From the NCBI GenBank assembly GCA_044348665.1, contig JBIKSI010000001.1, positions 19,784 through 83,783 of the forward strand: a stretch of 64,000 bases of DNA, written 5' to 3'. Under the pieces are notes generated by a model. It worked only from the letters and a program-made list of their open reading frames with translations. It did no database searches and was not told the origin of the DNA. Positions 20,544 through 30,900 of the stretch are shown in pieces. The translations under genes and the position numbers were made by a program. Numbering within the stretch: position 1 is the stretch's first letter; every line of letters begins with the position of its first letter. The stretch comes from Crocinitomicaceae bacterium. Its GTDB lineage: Bacteria > Bacteroidota > Bacteroidia > Flavobacteriales_D > Crocinitomicaceae.

Positions 20544-21140
20544 ATGAAAGACATAAAATTCCCTTTAGACATTACCTTCAAAATTGGTACTCTTTCCAAT
20601 GATTTTGTAATTACTGATGCTAATCAGCAAACATTTGCTTATGTGCGCCAAAAGATGTTTAAATTTATTGATGATATCAGTGTTTACAGCGATGATACCA
20701 AACAACAATTGAATTACAGAATTAAAGCCAACAAATGGATAGATTTTTCTGCTTCTTACCTTTTCTCTGATAATTTAGATGCAGATATGGGTCGTGTTGG
20801 ACGAAAGGGTATGGCTTCTTTGTGGAAAGCTAAATACGAGATTTTTGACAAAAATTCAGTGCAAGATTTCGAAATTCGTGAAGAAAATCCTTGGGCAAAA
20901 GTAGGTGATAGTTTGTTGGGCGAAATTCCAATTTTGGGAATGTTGACGGGATATTTGTTTCATCCTAAATACAAAGTATCCCGTACAGATGGCACAATCG
21001 TAGTGCGTTTAACTAAAGAGGCATCCATGTTTGGAAGAAAATTCAAAGTAGAAAAATTAGCTGAAATCAGCGAAGACGAAACAGAACGCATACTTTTGAG
21101 TTGTATGATGATGATTTTGTTGGAAAGGAAAAGGGGTTAA
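20544..21140 (+). CDS. Hypothetical protein, tentatively LURP-one-related / scramblase-like (Tubby C-terminal-like fold)
   Basis: 198 aa with a repeated beta-hairpin-like pattern (FVITDANQQTFAYVRQKMFKF..., KYEIFDKNSVQDFEIRE..., KYKVSRTDGTIVVRLTKE) and a hydrophobic C-terminal helix. The family assignment is from memory and weak. Confidence 0.35.
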   Translation: MKDIKFPLDITFKIGTLSNDFVITDANQQTFAYVRQKMFKFIDDISVYSDDTKQQLNYRIKANKWIDFSASYLFSDNLDADMGRVGRKGMASLWKAKYEIFDKNSVQDFEIREENPWAKVGDSLLGEIPILGMLTGYLFHPKYKVSRTDGTIVVRLTKEASMFGRKFKVEKLAEISEDETERILLSCMMMILLERKRG

Positions 21141-21392
21141 ATTAATTAGCTTTTTTTTAAGAACTTAAAATTTGATGATAAAAAGCGATTTAATAAATTG
21201 CATCCTGAAATCAAAAAGAAAATAAATAAGCTTATGGAATCAAATAAAAGGAATAATCCTACTATTAGTTCCAAATAATTTAAGGTAATAGAAAATAGCC
21301 TTTGCATGTATAATGCCATGATCGTGAAGTTGTGGTAAAAGGTTCAATGTTCCTAAAAGCATCTATGTGCTTGAAAAAACGAAACTTTTGAC

Positions 21393-21400
21393 TAACTTTG
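21393..21400 (+). promoter_or_regulatory. Candidate -7 box (TAACTTTG), with a TTG at 21371-21373 as a possible -33 element
   Basis: TAnnTTTG match 23 nt upstream of the ATG at 21424. The TTG lies 19 nt upstream of the box. Confidence 0.5.
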
Positions 21401-21423
21401 TAGCTTATTTTTATTAAATTTTC

Positions 21424-21879
21424 ATGAAACGTATTAACGAATACAAAAAACTTTTTGACATTCAAGAAGAAATTACTTTACAAGATCTAAAATCAAAATA
21501 TAAACGTTTGGTGAAAGAATGGCATCCTGATAAATTTCAAGATGGAGACGATAAGGCTTTGGAGGCAGAAGAAAAAAGTCGTCAAATAATAGATGGTTAC
21601 CACTTTTTAGTGAGTATTGCTCCTGAAACAATAGCTCAAAACATAGAAGAATATACAAAAATCATCAATGAATTAGGAATTCAAGATTTTAAACATAAGG
21701 GTTTATTACTTGAAATTACCTTCACCGATGGTTCTTGTTATGAATACTTTGGTGTAAACAAAAACACTTACATTAAATTATGTCAATCAGACAAACAAGT
21801 GCGTTTCGCAAAAAGAAATATTTATAATAGTTATTTATACAGAAAAGCAAAAAAAGGGAATGAGGTAGCTCAAAACTAG
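21424..21879 (+). CDS. J-domain (DnaJ-like) protein fused to a KTSC-like C-terminal domain
   Basis: [17 protein letters not shown] carries the HPD motif. The C-terminus [29 protein letters not shown] resembles the KTSC domain. Confidence 0.7.
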   Translation: MKRINEYKKLFDIQEEITLQDLKSKYKRLVKEWHPDKFQDGDDKALEAEEKSRQIIDGYHFLVSIAPETIAQNIEEYTKIINELGIQDFKHKGLLLEITFTDGSCYEYFGVNKNTYIKLCQSDKQVRFAKRNIYNSYLYRKAKKGNEVAQN

Positions 21880-21913
21880 AATCTTCATTTTCTGCATTGA
21901 AAAAACATTAGGT

Positions 21914-23377
21914 ATGGAAATAAAAAACAAACTATCGATTTATTCCTCATTAAGCGGGAAAAAAGAAGAATTTGTTCCACTTAACAAGAATTTTGTGGGA
22001 TTGTATGTTTGTGGACCAACGGTTTACAGTAATGTTCACCTGGGAAATTGTCGTACTTTTATTTCATTTGATGTTATTTATCGCTATTTAATTCACTTAG
22101 GTTTTAAGGTCCGGTATGTCAGAAACATTACTGATGTCGGTCATTTGGTGGATGATGCCGATGAAGGAGAAGATAAAATTGCTAAAAAGGCACGTTTAGA
22201 ACAAGTTGAACCGATGGAAATTGTGCAAAAATACACGGTTGATTTTCATCACGTATTGGCTCAGTTTAATAATTTACCTCCGTCGATTGAACCCACAGCC
22301 ACTGGACATCTTATCGAACAAATCGAGATGATTGAACAAATCATTGAAAATGGTTTTGGCTACGTTGTTAATGGTTCAGTTTATTTTGATGTTTTGAAGT
22401 ACAATGAACATCATAATTATGGAATTTTATCAGGCAGAAAAATAGAAGATTTGATTTCAGGAACAAGAGATTTGGACGGTCAAGAAGAAAAAAGAAATTC
22501 ACTTGATTTTGCATTGTGGAAAAATGCCTCTCCAGAGCACATTATGAAATGGAAATCTCCTTGGGGTATAGGTTTTCCTGGTTGGCACTTGGAATGTTCT
22601 GCCATGAGTACAAAATACTTAGGTGAACAGTTTGATATTCATGGCGGTGGTATGGATTTGAAATTTCCGCATCATGAATGTGAAATTGCTCAAGGATGTG
22701 CTGCTACAGGAAAATCTCCTGTTTCCTATTGGTTGCATGCTAATATGCTTACCTTAAATGGAAAAAAAATGTCCAAATCAACAGGAAATACCTTGAATCC
22801 AGATCAACTGTTTTCCGGTGAAAATGATTTGTTGAGTAAAGGCTTTGATCCGTTGGTAGTTCGGTTTTTCATGATGCAGGCTCATTATTCTAGTATTTTG
22901 GATTTTACTTCTGATGCTTTAATGGCTTCAGAGAAAGGGTTCAATAAATTAATGGAGTCTTTTTCAAGCTTGAAAGGACTAAAAGCAAGTGAAACAACAA
23001 GCTTTGATGTGGATAAGATTATCTCATCCTTTTATGAAGCCATGAATGATGATTTTAATACTCCAATTCTTATTGCAAATTTGTTTGAAGCAGTTCGATA
23101 TATCAATTTAGTTTCTGATGGAAAAGAAACTATTGCTTCAAAAGATTTAAAAAATCTCGGTGCTGAGATGTATGCATTCGTTTTTGACGTTCTAGGTTTA
23201 AAAAGTGAAGGAAATAAATCTGATGGAAAATTGGATAAAGTGATGGATTTGGTTTTAGAAATGCGTCAAAATGCTCGTGAAAATAAAAACTGGGCAATTT
23301 CAGATTTAATTAGAGATAAATTAAACGATGCTGGAATTACTGTTAAAGACAGTAAAGATGGAGTTACCTGGTCATAA
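21914..23377 (+). CDS. cysS: Cysteine--tRNA ligase
   Basis: Class I motifs [13 protein letters not shown] and KMSKSTGN, plus the zinc-site region WHLECSAM and PHHECEIAQ. Confidence 0.95.
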   Translation: MEIKNKLSIYSSLSGKKEEFVPLNKNFVGLYVCGPTVYSNVHLGNCRTFISFDVIYRYLIHLGFKVRYVRNITDVGHLVDDADEGEDKIAKKARLEQVEPMEIVQKYTVDFHHVLAQFNNLPPSIEPTATGHLIEQIEMIEQIIENGFGYVVNGSVYFDVLKYNEHHNYGILSGRKIEDLISGTRDLDGQEEKRNSLDFALWKNASPEHIMKWKSPWGIGFPGWHLECSAMSTKYLGEQFDIHGGGMDLKFPHHECEIAQGCAATGKSPVSYWLHANMLTLNGKKMSKSTGNTLNPDQLFSGENDLLSKGFDPLVVRFFMMQAHYSSILDFTSDALMASEKGFNKLMESFSSLKGLKASETTSFDVDKIISSFYEAMNDDFNTPILIANLFEAVRYINLVSDGKETIASKDLKNLGAEMYAFVFDVLGLKSEGNKSDGKLDKVMDLVLEMRQNARENKNWAISDLIRDKLNDAGITVKDSKDGVTWS

Positions 23378-23382
23378 TATTA

Positions 23383-23410
23383 TTTATCATTCATAATTTA
23401 TCATTCATAA
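23383..23410. repeat. Perfect tandem duplication of a 14-mer (TTTATCATTCATAA x2) in the cysS-trpS spacer
   Basis: Read directly: 23383-23396 is identical to 23397-23410. Confidence 0.9.
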
Positions 23411-23419
23411 CTAAATAAA

Positions 23420-24397
23420 ATGGCAAGAATATTAACAGGAATTCAAAGCACAGGAACACCTCATTTGGGCAACATTTTGGGTGCAATCGTTCCAGCAATT
23501 GAAGAATCAAAAAAAGAAATTAATGAATCATTTTTATTCATTGCAGATTTACATTCCTTGACGCAAATCAAGGATGCAGAGCTTCTCAGAAATAATACCT
23601 ATTCCACTGCTGCGGCATGGTTGGCGTTTGGACTTGATCCAGAAAAAACGGTTTTTTATCGCCAAAGTGATGTACCTCAAGTTACAGAATTAGCATGGCA
23701 TTTAATGTGTTTTTTTCCATTTCAACGATTAACTTTAGCTCATAGTTTTAAGGATAAATCTGATCGTTTGGGTGATGTTAACGCTGGACTTTTTGCCTAT
23801 CCAATTTTGATGGCCGCTGACATTTTGATTTATGACGCTGAAATTGTACCTGTTGGTAAAGATCAATTGCAACATCTTGAAATTACACGTGATGTGGCTT
23901 CCCGTTTTCATGCAAAATTGGGTGAAACCTTTGTCTTACCAAAAGATTCTGTGCAAGAAGAAACTCAACTTATCCCCGGAACAGATGGTCATAAAATGAG
24001 TAAGTCAAGGAATAATTTTATTGATATTTTTCTTCCAGAAAAGGAACTTAAAAAACAAGTATTAGGTATTGAAACAGATAGCAAGGGTTTGGAAGATTCA
24101 AAGGATCCTGAAACTTGCAATGTTTTTGCCATTTATAAATTATTAGCAAGTGATGCTGAAATCGAAAAAATGCGACAAAACTATATCAATGGTGGTTATG
24201 GATATGGGCACGCCAAGATTGCATTGTTTGAGTTGATTTTAGACAAATTTAGCGTTGAACGTGAAAAATTTAACTTCTACATCAATCATCTTGAAAAAAT
24301 TGATGAAATCTTAAGTTTGGGTGCTAGTAAAGCATCAAAAATTGCTGATTCAGTGTTGAATCGTGTACGTGAAAAATTAGGCTTTTTGTCAAAATAA
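23420..24397 (+). CDS. trpS: Tryptophan--tRNA ligase
   Basis: GIQSTGTPHLGN, YPILMAADIL, VPVGKDQLQHLEITRD and KMSKS. 325 aa. Confidence 0.95.
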   Translation: MARILTGIQSTGTPHLGNILGAIVPAIEESKKEINESFLFIADLHSLTQIKDAELLRNNTYSTAAAWLAFGLDPEKTVFYRQSDVPQVTELAWHLMCFFPFQRLTLAHSFKDKSDRLGDVNAGLFAYPILMAADILIYDAEIVPVGKDQLQHLEITRDVASRFHAKLGETFVLPKDSVQEETQLIPGTDGHKMSKSRNNFIDIFLPEKELKKQVLGIETDSKGLEDSKDPETCNVFAIYKLLASDAEIEKMRQNYINGGYGYGHAKIALFELILDKFSVEREKFNFYINHLEKIDEILSLGASKASKIADSVLNRVREKLGFLSK

Positions 24398-24418
24398 GTA
24401 TTTGTGTGCAAAATTTTG

Positions 24419-24426
24419 TATATTTG
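24419..24426 (+). promoter_or_regulatory. Candidate -7 box (TATATTTG)
   Basis: TAnnTTTG match 33 nt upstream of the ATG at 24460. Confidence 0.45.
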
Positions 24427-24459
24427 TTCACTAAAATCTAAAAATCAAAAACAAAAAAG

Positions 24460-26172
24460 ATGTTTAAAAAATTTTTGTTTCTCTTAACAATATCCTTATT
24501 TGTGGCATCGTGCTCAAGTGATGGAACAGATATTTCGCAATTAAAAGCGAATGGAGGCGCTAAATATGGAGGTGAATTTAGATTCATGTCTTCAGAAAAA
24601 ATAACAAGTTTGTTTCCACTTCAAGCAGCTGACGTTTACAATCAAAGGATATCATCTCAGCTATTTGAATCTCCATTGAGAATGGATTATTCAACAAACA
24701 AAGCTGTACCTAATATTGCAGAAAGTTTTGAAATTAGTGCTGATGCAAAAAAAATTACTTTAAAAATTCGTGAAGGGATTTTCTTTCATAATGACGAATG
24801 TTTTTCAGGAGGTGAGGGAAGAGAACTTACAGCTGAAGATGTAAAATATAGTTTAGATTTTGCTTGTAGCGGATTGAAATTAAATCTAATGAGTTGGATG
24901 CTTGTAGATAAAATCAAGGGAGCAAAAGAATTTAGTTTGAAGAGTAAGAAAATCCTTCCAGAAGGCGGAGTTTCTGGAATTACAGTAGAGGATGATAAGG
25001 TAATAATCGAATTAATTGAACCTTTTGTTGGTTTTGATAAAATTCTTACCCATTCAAGTTTAGGTGTTTTTCCGAGAGAAGCCTATGAAACATATAAGGA
25101 GGAAGTAAAAAGACATCCGGTAGGTACAGGTGCTTTTAGCTTAGAGTCAATGACAAATAGTGAGGTTTTATTAACAAGAAACAACAAATATTGGAAAAAA
25201 GATGATTTTGGGAATCAGCTACCTTTCTTAGAAAAAGTTAGAATGACTTATGCCACAGATAAGAAAAGTGAGTTAATGGCATTTAGAACAAAAAAAATAG
25301 ACTTAGTATTAGAGATTCCAGTTGATGAAATTGAAAATATTTTAGGTTCTTTAGAAGAAGCTCAAGCTGGATTAACAGTAAAACATAAGATTGATTCAAA
25401 AAACAGTTTAAGTGTTGCTTATCTAGGTTTTGCGCATAATTCTGCACCTTTTAATGATATAAAAGTTCGAAAAGCATTCAACATGGCAATTGATAGAAAT
25501 GCCATTGTAAATAACTATCTGATGGGTGAAGGTTATCCATGCGAAAATGGTTTTGTACCTGCAATTGAAGGCTACAATTCAACACGGGTAAAGGGTCATA
25601 AATTTAATGTTGCTCTAGCTCAGAAACTTTTGGCAGAAGCTGGTTATAAAGAAGGGAAAGGTTTTCCCGTGCTAGATATTTATGTCAATGCAAAATCTGG
25701 TGATGCAATTTTCATGATGTATGAAGGTGTTAAGAAACAATTAAAAGAGAACTTAGGAGTATCTGTGAACATAAAATTGTGTAACATCAACGAAAGAGAT
25801 GCCGCCATTCGAATTGGTACTGCAAAAATGTGGAGAGGTGGTTGGATTGCCGATTATCCAGATCCGGAAAATTTCTTGAATTTGTTTTGTAGTGTGCACA
25901 TTGGTTCAAACTCATTAACAATGAATCGTTTTGAATATAAATCTGCCGAATACGATAAATTGTTTAACCAATCTCGTAAGGAAAAAAATCCTAAATTGAG
26001 AAACGAATTATTTATTAAATGTGATCAAATGATTATTGATGATGCAGTTGTAATGCCATTAATCAATGACGATTACATCACAATGATTAATTCAAAAGTA
26101 AAGAACTTCGAAACGAATTCAATGGAATTGTTAGATTTTTCTAACATATTTATAAAAGAACCTAAAAAGTAA
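24460..26172 (+). CDS. Family-5 (peptide/nickel, OppA-like) ABC substrate-binding lipoprotein, with no transporter genes nearby
   Basis: Lipobox LFVASC. 570 aa. Blocks such as PVGTGAFSLES and WRGGWIADYPDPENFL are typical of SBP_bac_5. Confidence 0.75.
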   Translation: MFKKFLFLLTISLFVASCSSDGTDISQLKANGGAKYGGEFRFMSSEKITSLFPLQAADVYNQRISSQLFESPLRMDYSTNKAVPNIAESFEISADAKKITLKIREGIFFHNDECFSGGEGRELTAEDVKYSLDFACSGLKLNLMSWMLVDKIKGAKEFSLKSKKILPEGGVSGITVEDDKVIIELIEPFVGFDKILTHSSLGVFPREAYETYKEEVKRHPVGTGAFSLESMTNSEVLLTRNNKYWKKDDFGNQLPFLEKVRMTYATDKKSELMAFRTKKIDLVLEIPVDEIENILGSLEEAQAGLTVKHKIDSKNSLSVAYLGFAHNSAPFNDIKVRKAFNMAIDRNAIVNNYLMGEGYPCENGFVPAIEGYNSTRVKGHKFNVALAQKLLAEAGYKEGKGFPVLDIYVNAKSGDAIFMMYEGVKKQLKENLGVSVNIKLCNINERDAAIRIGTAKMWRGGWIADYPDPENFLNLFCSVHIGSNSLTMNRFEYKSAEYDKLFNQSRKEKNPKLRNELFIKCDQMIIDDAVVMPLINDDYITMINSKVKNFETNSMELLDFSNIFIKEPKK

Positions 26173-26223
26173 GACTAATTAGGTTAATTGTTTAATTTAA
26201 TAAAGGCTCTCAGCTTGCATTTG

Positions 26224-26256
26224 AAAAGACATCTTTAGTAGGTGTCTTTTTTGTTT
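26224..26256 (+). terminator. Rho-independent terminator
   Basis: AAAAGACATC-TTTAGTA-GGTGTCTTTTTTGTTT: 10-bp stem with one G:U pair, 7-nt loop and a T-run. Starts 52 nt after the stop at 26172. Confidence 0.7.
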
Positions 26257-26451
26257 ATATGGCTAAAACATTTACTGATATTTAAAATGATTTCATCTAA
26301 GTTGACCTTTTTAACAAAAGTGATTGTTTCAAGTCATTGGAAATTGTCCAAAACTTTTCGTAGATTAAAATTCAAGGGTGAGTTTTTTAATGATCAAACT
26401 CTTGACTTTAGACGATTCGTTTATGCTGATTTTATTTCATAAATTGTAAAG

Positions 26452-27888
26452 TTAATTTCTAATTTTCAAATAATTTAGTACCAAGCGCCATTGAAGCATA
26501 TTTGTCAGAATTAAATAGATTAAAGAAATTGAAGTTAAGAAAATTATTTGTAAAATATTTGTAAAATATTGGTTCAAAAGAAATCCTGAGCCTACTATCA
26601 GAATTATAAAACCAAGATATTTAAAAAATTCTGAAAAATTAAAGGCAATTTTGAAGGTTTTAAAAATGTAAATTATATAAATCAGGGCAACTATTCCCTG
26701 AGTGATTAAACTTGTTAAACTGGCTCCTAATGCACCTTGTTTTGGAATTAAAATCCAATTAAAGATAATATTTACCATAATACCTAAAACTGAAATAGTA
26801 TTTAGAAATCTTAAATTTCCATTTGCTGTAAGCAAGGTTCCGAAAATCAAGGTGATACACAAAGGTAAAAAACAGATAATCAAATATTTGAAAACATGTG
26901 ACGAACTTTCTACATCTTGCTTGTAAATAAGATTCATCAAATAATCCGCATTGAAAAAGCAAATGGTAATCAGAATTAATGCAAAGGAAATTAGAACATT
27001 TGTTGAAGAATGAAGTAAGTCTAGGATATTTTCCTTGTTCCGAATCATTTTTGAAAAAATTGGAAACAATAAGGTAGAAAACAAACTTGCAAACATAAAA
27101 AATGCATCCAAAAGTCTAAATGCTTGCGCATAGATTCCTGTTTCTAAACTGTCTTTATCTAAAATTCGTTCCAACATCACTGAATCTACTCGATTATACA
27201 ACATCATTAAAACTATCAATAAAGCATAGGGAAAACTTTTTTTAACGATAAGTAATGAAAATTTTGAGTTCCACTTAATTTTTGGAATGCCTATTTTTGT
27301 TAAGATTAACACAAAAGCAACAATACAACTTATTGCCAAGGTGATAATTTGAACTTGCACAAAATTCAATATGGTAATTTTTATTTCATGTTGATAAAAA
27401 AGTAGGTAAAACATGATCAAAATCAATAGAAACTTATCTAATATGGATAAAATAATGTCTGTTTTGAACATTAAAAGTCCCGAGAAAAAGCTTCTTAGAA
27501 ATAATATCACGCTAATTAAAAATTGATATAAAATCAATAAAAAAACTAGTTTAAATTGATACGAATTATAATCAAAAATAAAGGCAATACCAAGTGTAAT
27601 TAGGCAATAAAGAAGAAAAAGAAATAGACGTAATGGAATAATTTTTCCGATGTAGTTTTTTGCTAAATGCGGATATTGAGCAATGTATTTAATGTTGAAA
27701 TTAGTAATTCCAAAATCTAAAAGAATATTAAAAAGGTATGTGAAATTTAGTAATGAAAAGTAAATTCCATATTCATTGGATCCAACTGCGTTCTGTACAT
27801 TGGCATCTACACCAAAAATGGCTAAAGGTTTTACCAAAAGATTTAGGAAAACCATCAAAAGTAGATGTGTGAAAAATTTTAAACGCAT
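26452..27888 (-). CDS. MOP/Wzx-type oligosaccharide or polysaccharide flippase family membrane protein
   Basis: 478 aa with about 12-14 hydrophobic helices throughout. Its N-terminal region is typical of Bacteroidota polysaccharide-biosynthesis (Wzx-like) proteins. No catalytic motifs, so the call rests on architecture. Confidence 0.55.
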   Translation of the reverse strand: MRLKFFTHLLLMVFLNLLVKPLAIFGVDANVQNAVGSNEYGIYFSLLNFTYLFNILLDFGITNFNIKYIAQYPHLAKNYIGKIIPLRLFLFLLYCLITLGIAFIFDYNSYQFKLVFLLILYQFLISVILFLRSFFSGLLMFKTDIILSILDKFLLILIMFYLLFYQHEIKITILNFVQVQIITLAISCIVAFVLILTKIGIPKIKWNSKFSLLIVKKSFPYALLIVLMMLYNRVDSVMLERILDKDSLETGIYAQAFRLLDAFFMFASLFSTLLFPIFSKMIRNKENILDLLHSSTNVLISFALILITICFFNADYLMNLIYKQDVESSSHVFKYLIICFLPLCITLIFGTLLTANGNLRFLNTISVLGIMVNIIFNWILIPKQGALGASLTSLITQGIVALIYIIYIFKTFKIAFNFSEFFKYLGFIILIVGSGFLLNQYFTNILQIIFLTSISLIYLILTNMLQWRLVLNYLKIRN

Positions 27889-27913
27889 TTGGAAGCAAAG
27901 GTAAGTAAAAAAA

Positions 27914-30900
27914 CTAATCCCTTACCAAGCTCAAGTTTCCATGCATTTCTCCAGATTTTTCATAATTGTCGGTGTATTCAACTTTCCAGAAGTAAACACC
28001 TTCGCTTACATTTTTGCCTTCAAAATTGCCATCCCAACCAGAAAGTAAATCATTACCTTCATAAACGACATTTCCCCAACGATTCAAAATTATGATAGAA
28101 TAGCTTTTAATGTTGAATGCTTTTTCAGGAACAAAATAATCATTTTTTCCGTCTTGATTTGGAGTAAAAATATTTGGAATACTCAATGTTACGCATCCTT
28201 CTAAATCATCCGGCTGAATCACAGAAGCAACGATGCTGTCTTTACATCCGTTTTGGTCAGTAACTACTACTTGGTATTCAGCAACACCTACATTCGTCAA
28301 TTGTGGCAAGGTATCGTTGGGGTTGTTATTCCATAAATAGTTGTATGTTGGAGTTCCTCCTTCAGCACTTACACTTACAACTCCATCATTGGCTCCAAAG
28401 CAAATTTCTGAACCTATAGCTTGCAAAAACAAGGGACTTTGTGGTTCAACAATTTGTACAGAAATTGAATCTTTACACAAATTTTGGTCATTCACTACAA
28501 CTTTGTAAGTTCCTGCAGGTAAATTGATTGCATCTTCTGTAGTTTGCGCATCACTCCACAAATAGCTGTAGTTTGGATTTCCTCCAGTAACGGATAAATC
28601 AATGCTTCCCGAGTTTCCTCCAAAGCATAAAACATCCGTTGCTTGAGCAGTTAATAGGAGTGCTTGCGTTGGTTGGGAAATTGAAACACTGATGCTTTCT
28701 GTACATGAATTGTCGTCTGTTACTATAACAGAATAAGTTCCTGTGCTTAAGTTTGTTAAATCTTCGTTTGTCGATGCATTATCCCATAAGAAGGTATATG
28801 GTGTATTTCCGCCAACGACACTAATGTCAACACTACCACTTGCTTGTCCGAAACAAAGCACATCCGTATGCGTTTCCGTGACAACTAATTGCGTTGCTTG
28901 ATCAACAAAATGATTACTGATGAATTCGCAGCCATTGTCATCAGTGATGGTAAGACTATAATTTCCACTTACCAAGTTTTGAATCGTTGAAGAAACAGCG
29001 CTCGTGTTCCATAAAAAGTCATAAGGCGAAGTTCCACCTGCTGCAGTAATTGTAATTGAACCATTTGTTCCACCAAAACAAGACACATCATTTATTACTG
29101 TGTTAGAAAGGTAAACTAATGTATCGGGTTCTGCAATTGTTACAGAAATAAAACCGCCACAACTATTGTTATCCACCACATTTACGAAATAAAGTCCTGC
29201 GGGTAGTGAAGCAATATCTTCTGTGGTAGCTGAATTACTCCATTCAAAGTCAAAAGGTGCGATGCCATTATTTATCGTAATATTGATTGAAGCTGTTGAT
29301 TCATCATAACAAAGCACATCTTGATGAGTTTCAGAAATTGTTACTGCATCTGGATCACTTAAAATTATAGTAATTTCTTTGGTACAAAAATTTTCATCTG
29401 TAACAATACAAGAGTATGTTCCTGCATAAAGTCCGGTTATGTCTTCACTATTTTCTCCATTGTTCCAAAAGAAAGTATAATTTGGTGTTCCTCCTGCGGC
29501 ACTTAAATTGATTGAACCTTGACTTCCACTTTGACAAACAGGGTTGATGTGACTTTCAGAAAGTACAAGAGCGCTTGGTTGAGTTACAGTCATTGCTAAT
29601 GTTTGAGGACAATTATTGCCATCTGTTACTTCAACCGAATAATTTCCAGCAGGAATGTTGTTTAAATCTTGGCTCACAGCATTGTTTGACCATAAATAAT
29701 CATATGGTTCAATTCCGCCAGATACACTTAAATCAATGGAACCACTTGCATCTCCATTGCATAAAACAGCTGTACTTGTAAAGCTTAACTGCATCGAGTT
29801 TGTTGGTTGAACAATTTGGAAATTCTCAGTCAGTTCACAAGAATTTGCATCGGTAACAGTTAGGGCATAATCACCTGCTGCAACATTGATTAAATCTTCA
29901 CTTACGGCATTGTTTGACCATAAAAAATCATAAGGTCCAGTTCCGCCTGTTACAGTAGAATTTATTGCCCCAGTAAGATTTCCAAAACACAAGACATCAG
30001 TTACCGTTCCGTTAATTGTTAAGGCGTTTGGTTGCGTTAATACTATTGTATCTCGTGCTTTACATCCGTTGTTACTTGTTGCTTCAACGATGTATGTACC
30101 AGCCGCCAAATTTGAGATTGCCGCTGTATTCGCACCAGTTTGTAGCCACAAAATATCAATCGGTGCAACACCACCCACAAGAGATGCAAGAGCGCTACCA
30201 TCATTCGCATTAAAACAAGAAATATCTTCGTTGTTGTAATTAGAAGTAATTGTTGCGTTTATAGTAAATTCACTCGGCTCCGTAATCGTAAAGCTTTGAC
30301 TTGCGGAACAAGAATTAGCATCAGTCAGCGTTAATTCATACTCACCAGCAAGTAGATTTTGCGCCAAAGAATCTGCATCTGAATTTGACCAAGAGTAAGA
30401 AAACGGACCATTTCCAATTCCACTCACATTGATAAATCCTGAACCAGCCTGATAACAGGTATCATTTTGAAGTTCGTTTAATTGAATACTTGGATTAGGC
30501 GCCACCAAAACTGGAGAAACGATGTCTTCAACACAGATTTCATTGTTGTACAAAATGGAAAGTGTGTAATTTCCTCCATTGTTCAATTGTGCATTGCTGA
30601 TGCTTGGGTTGTTAGCTGAAGAATTGAAGCCATTAGGTCCTGTCCAGCTTAAATCCAAATTGGGTGAACTAGGAAATGAAAAAGTGATTGTTTCACCAAT
30701 ACACACTGTTTCTGAGTAGGTAACATTTAATGGTGGACAAGCGTTAACATTTACCACAACTAAACTACTTTCCAAAGAAGGACAACCATTTGCATCTAAC
30801 AAATCTGAAACCCCGTTATTACTATTTTGAATCCCTGAAATTTGTCCAGTTCCAAATAAATACGCACGATTATTTAATTCATCGCCACATTGCCAGTCAA

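Noticed and set aside
26242-26442. 66-aa plus-strand ORF in the convergent intergenic region
   Set aside because: It begins inside the terminator hairpin of the upstream gene, has no promoter box, and its composition (Phe/Lys/Leu/Ser-rich) is what random AT-rich DNA gives. No recognisable motif.
28214-30496. Regularly spaced repeats that could superficially suggest a CRISPR-like array
   Set aside because: The period is about 225 bp, the units are diverged, and all lie in one long open reading frame encoding SprB-type protein repeats. There are no short identical direct repeats with unique spacers.
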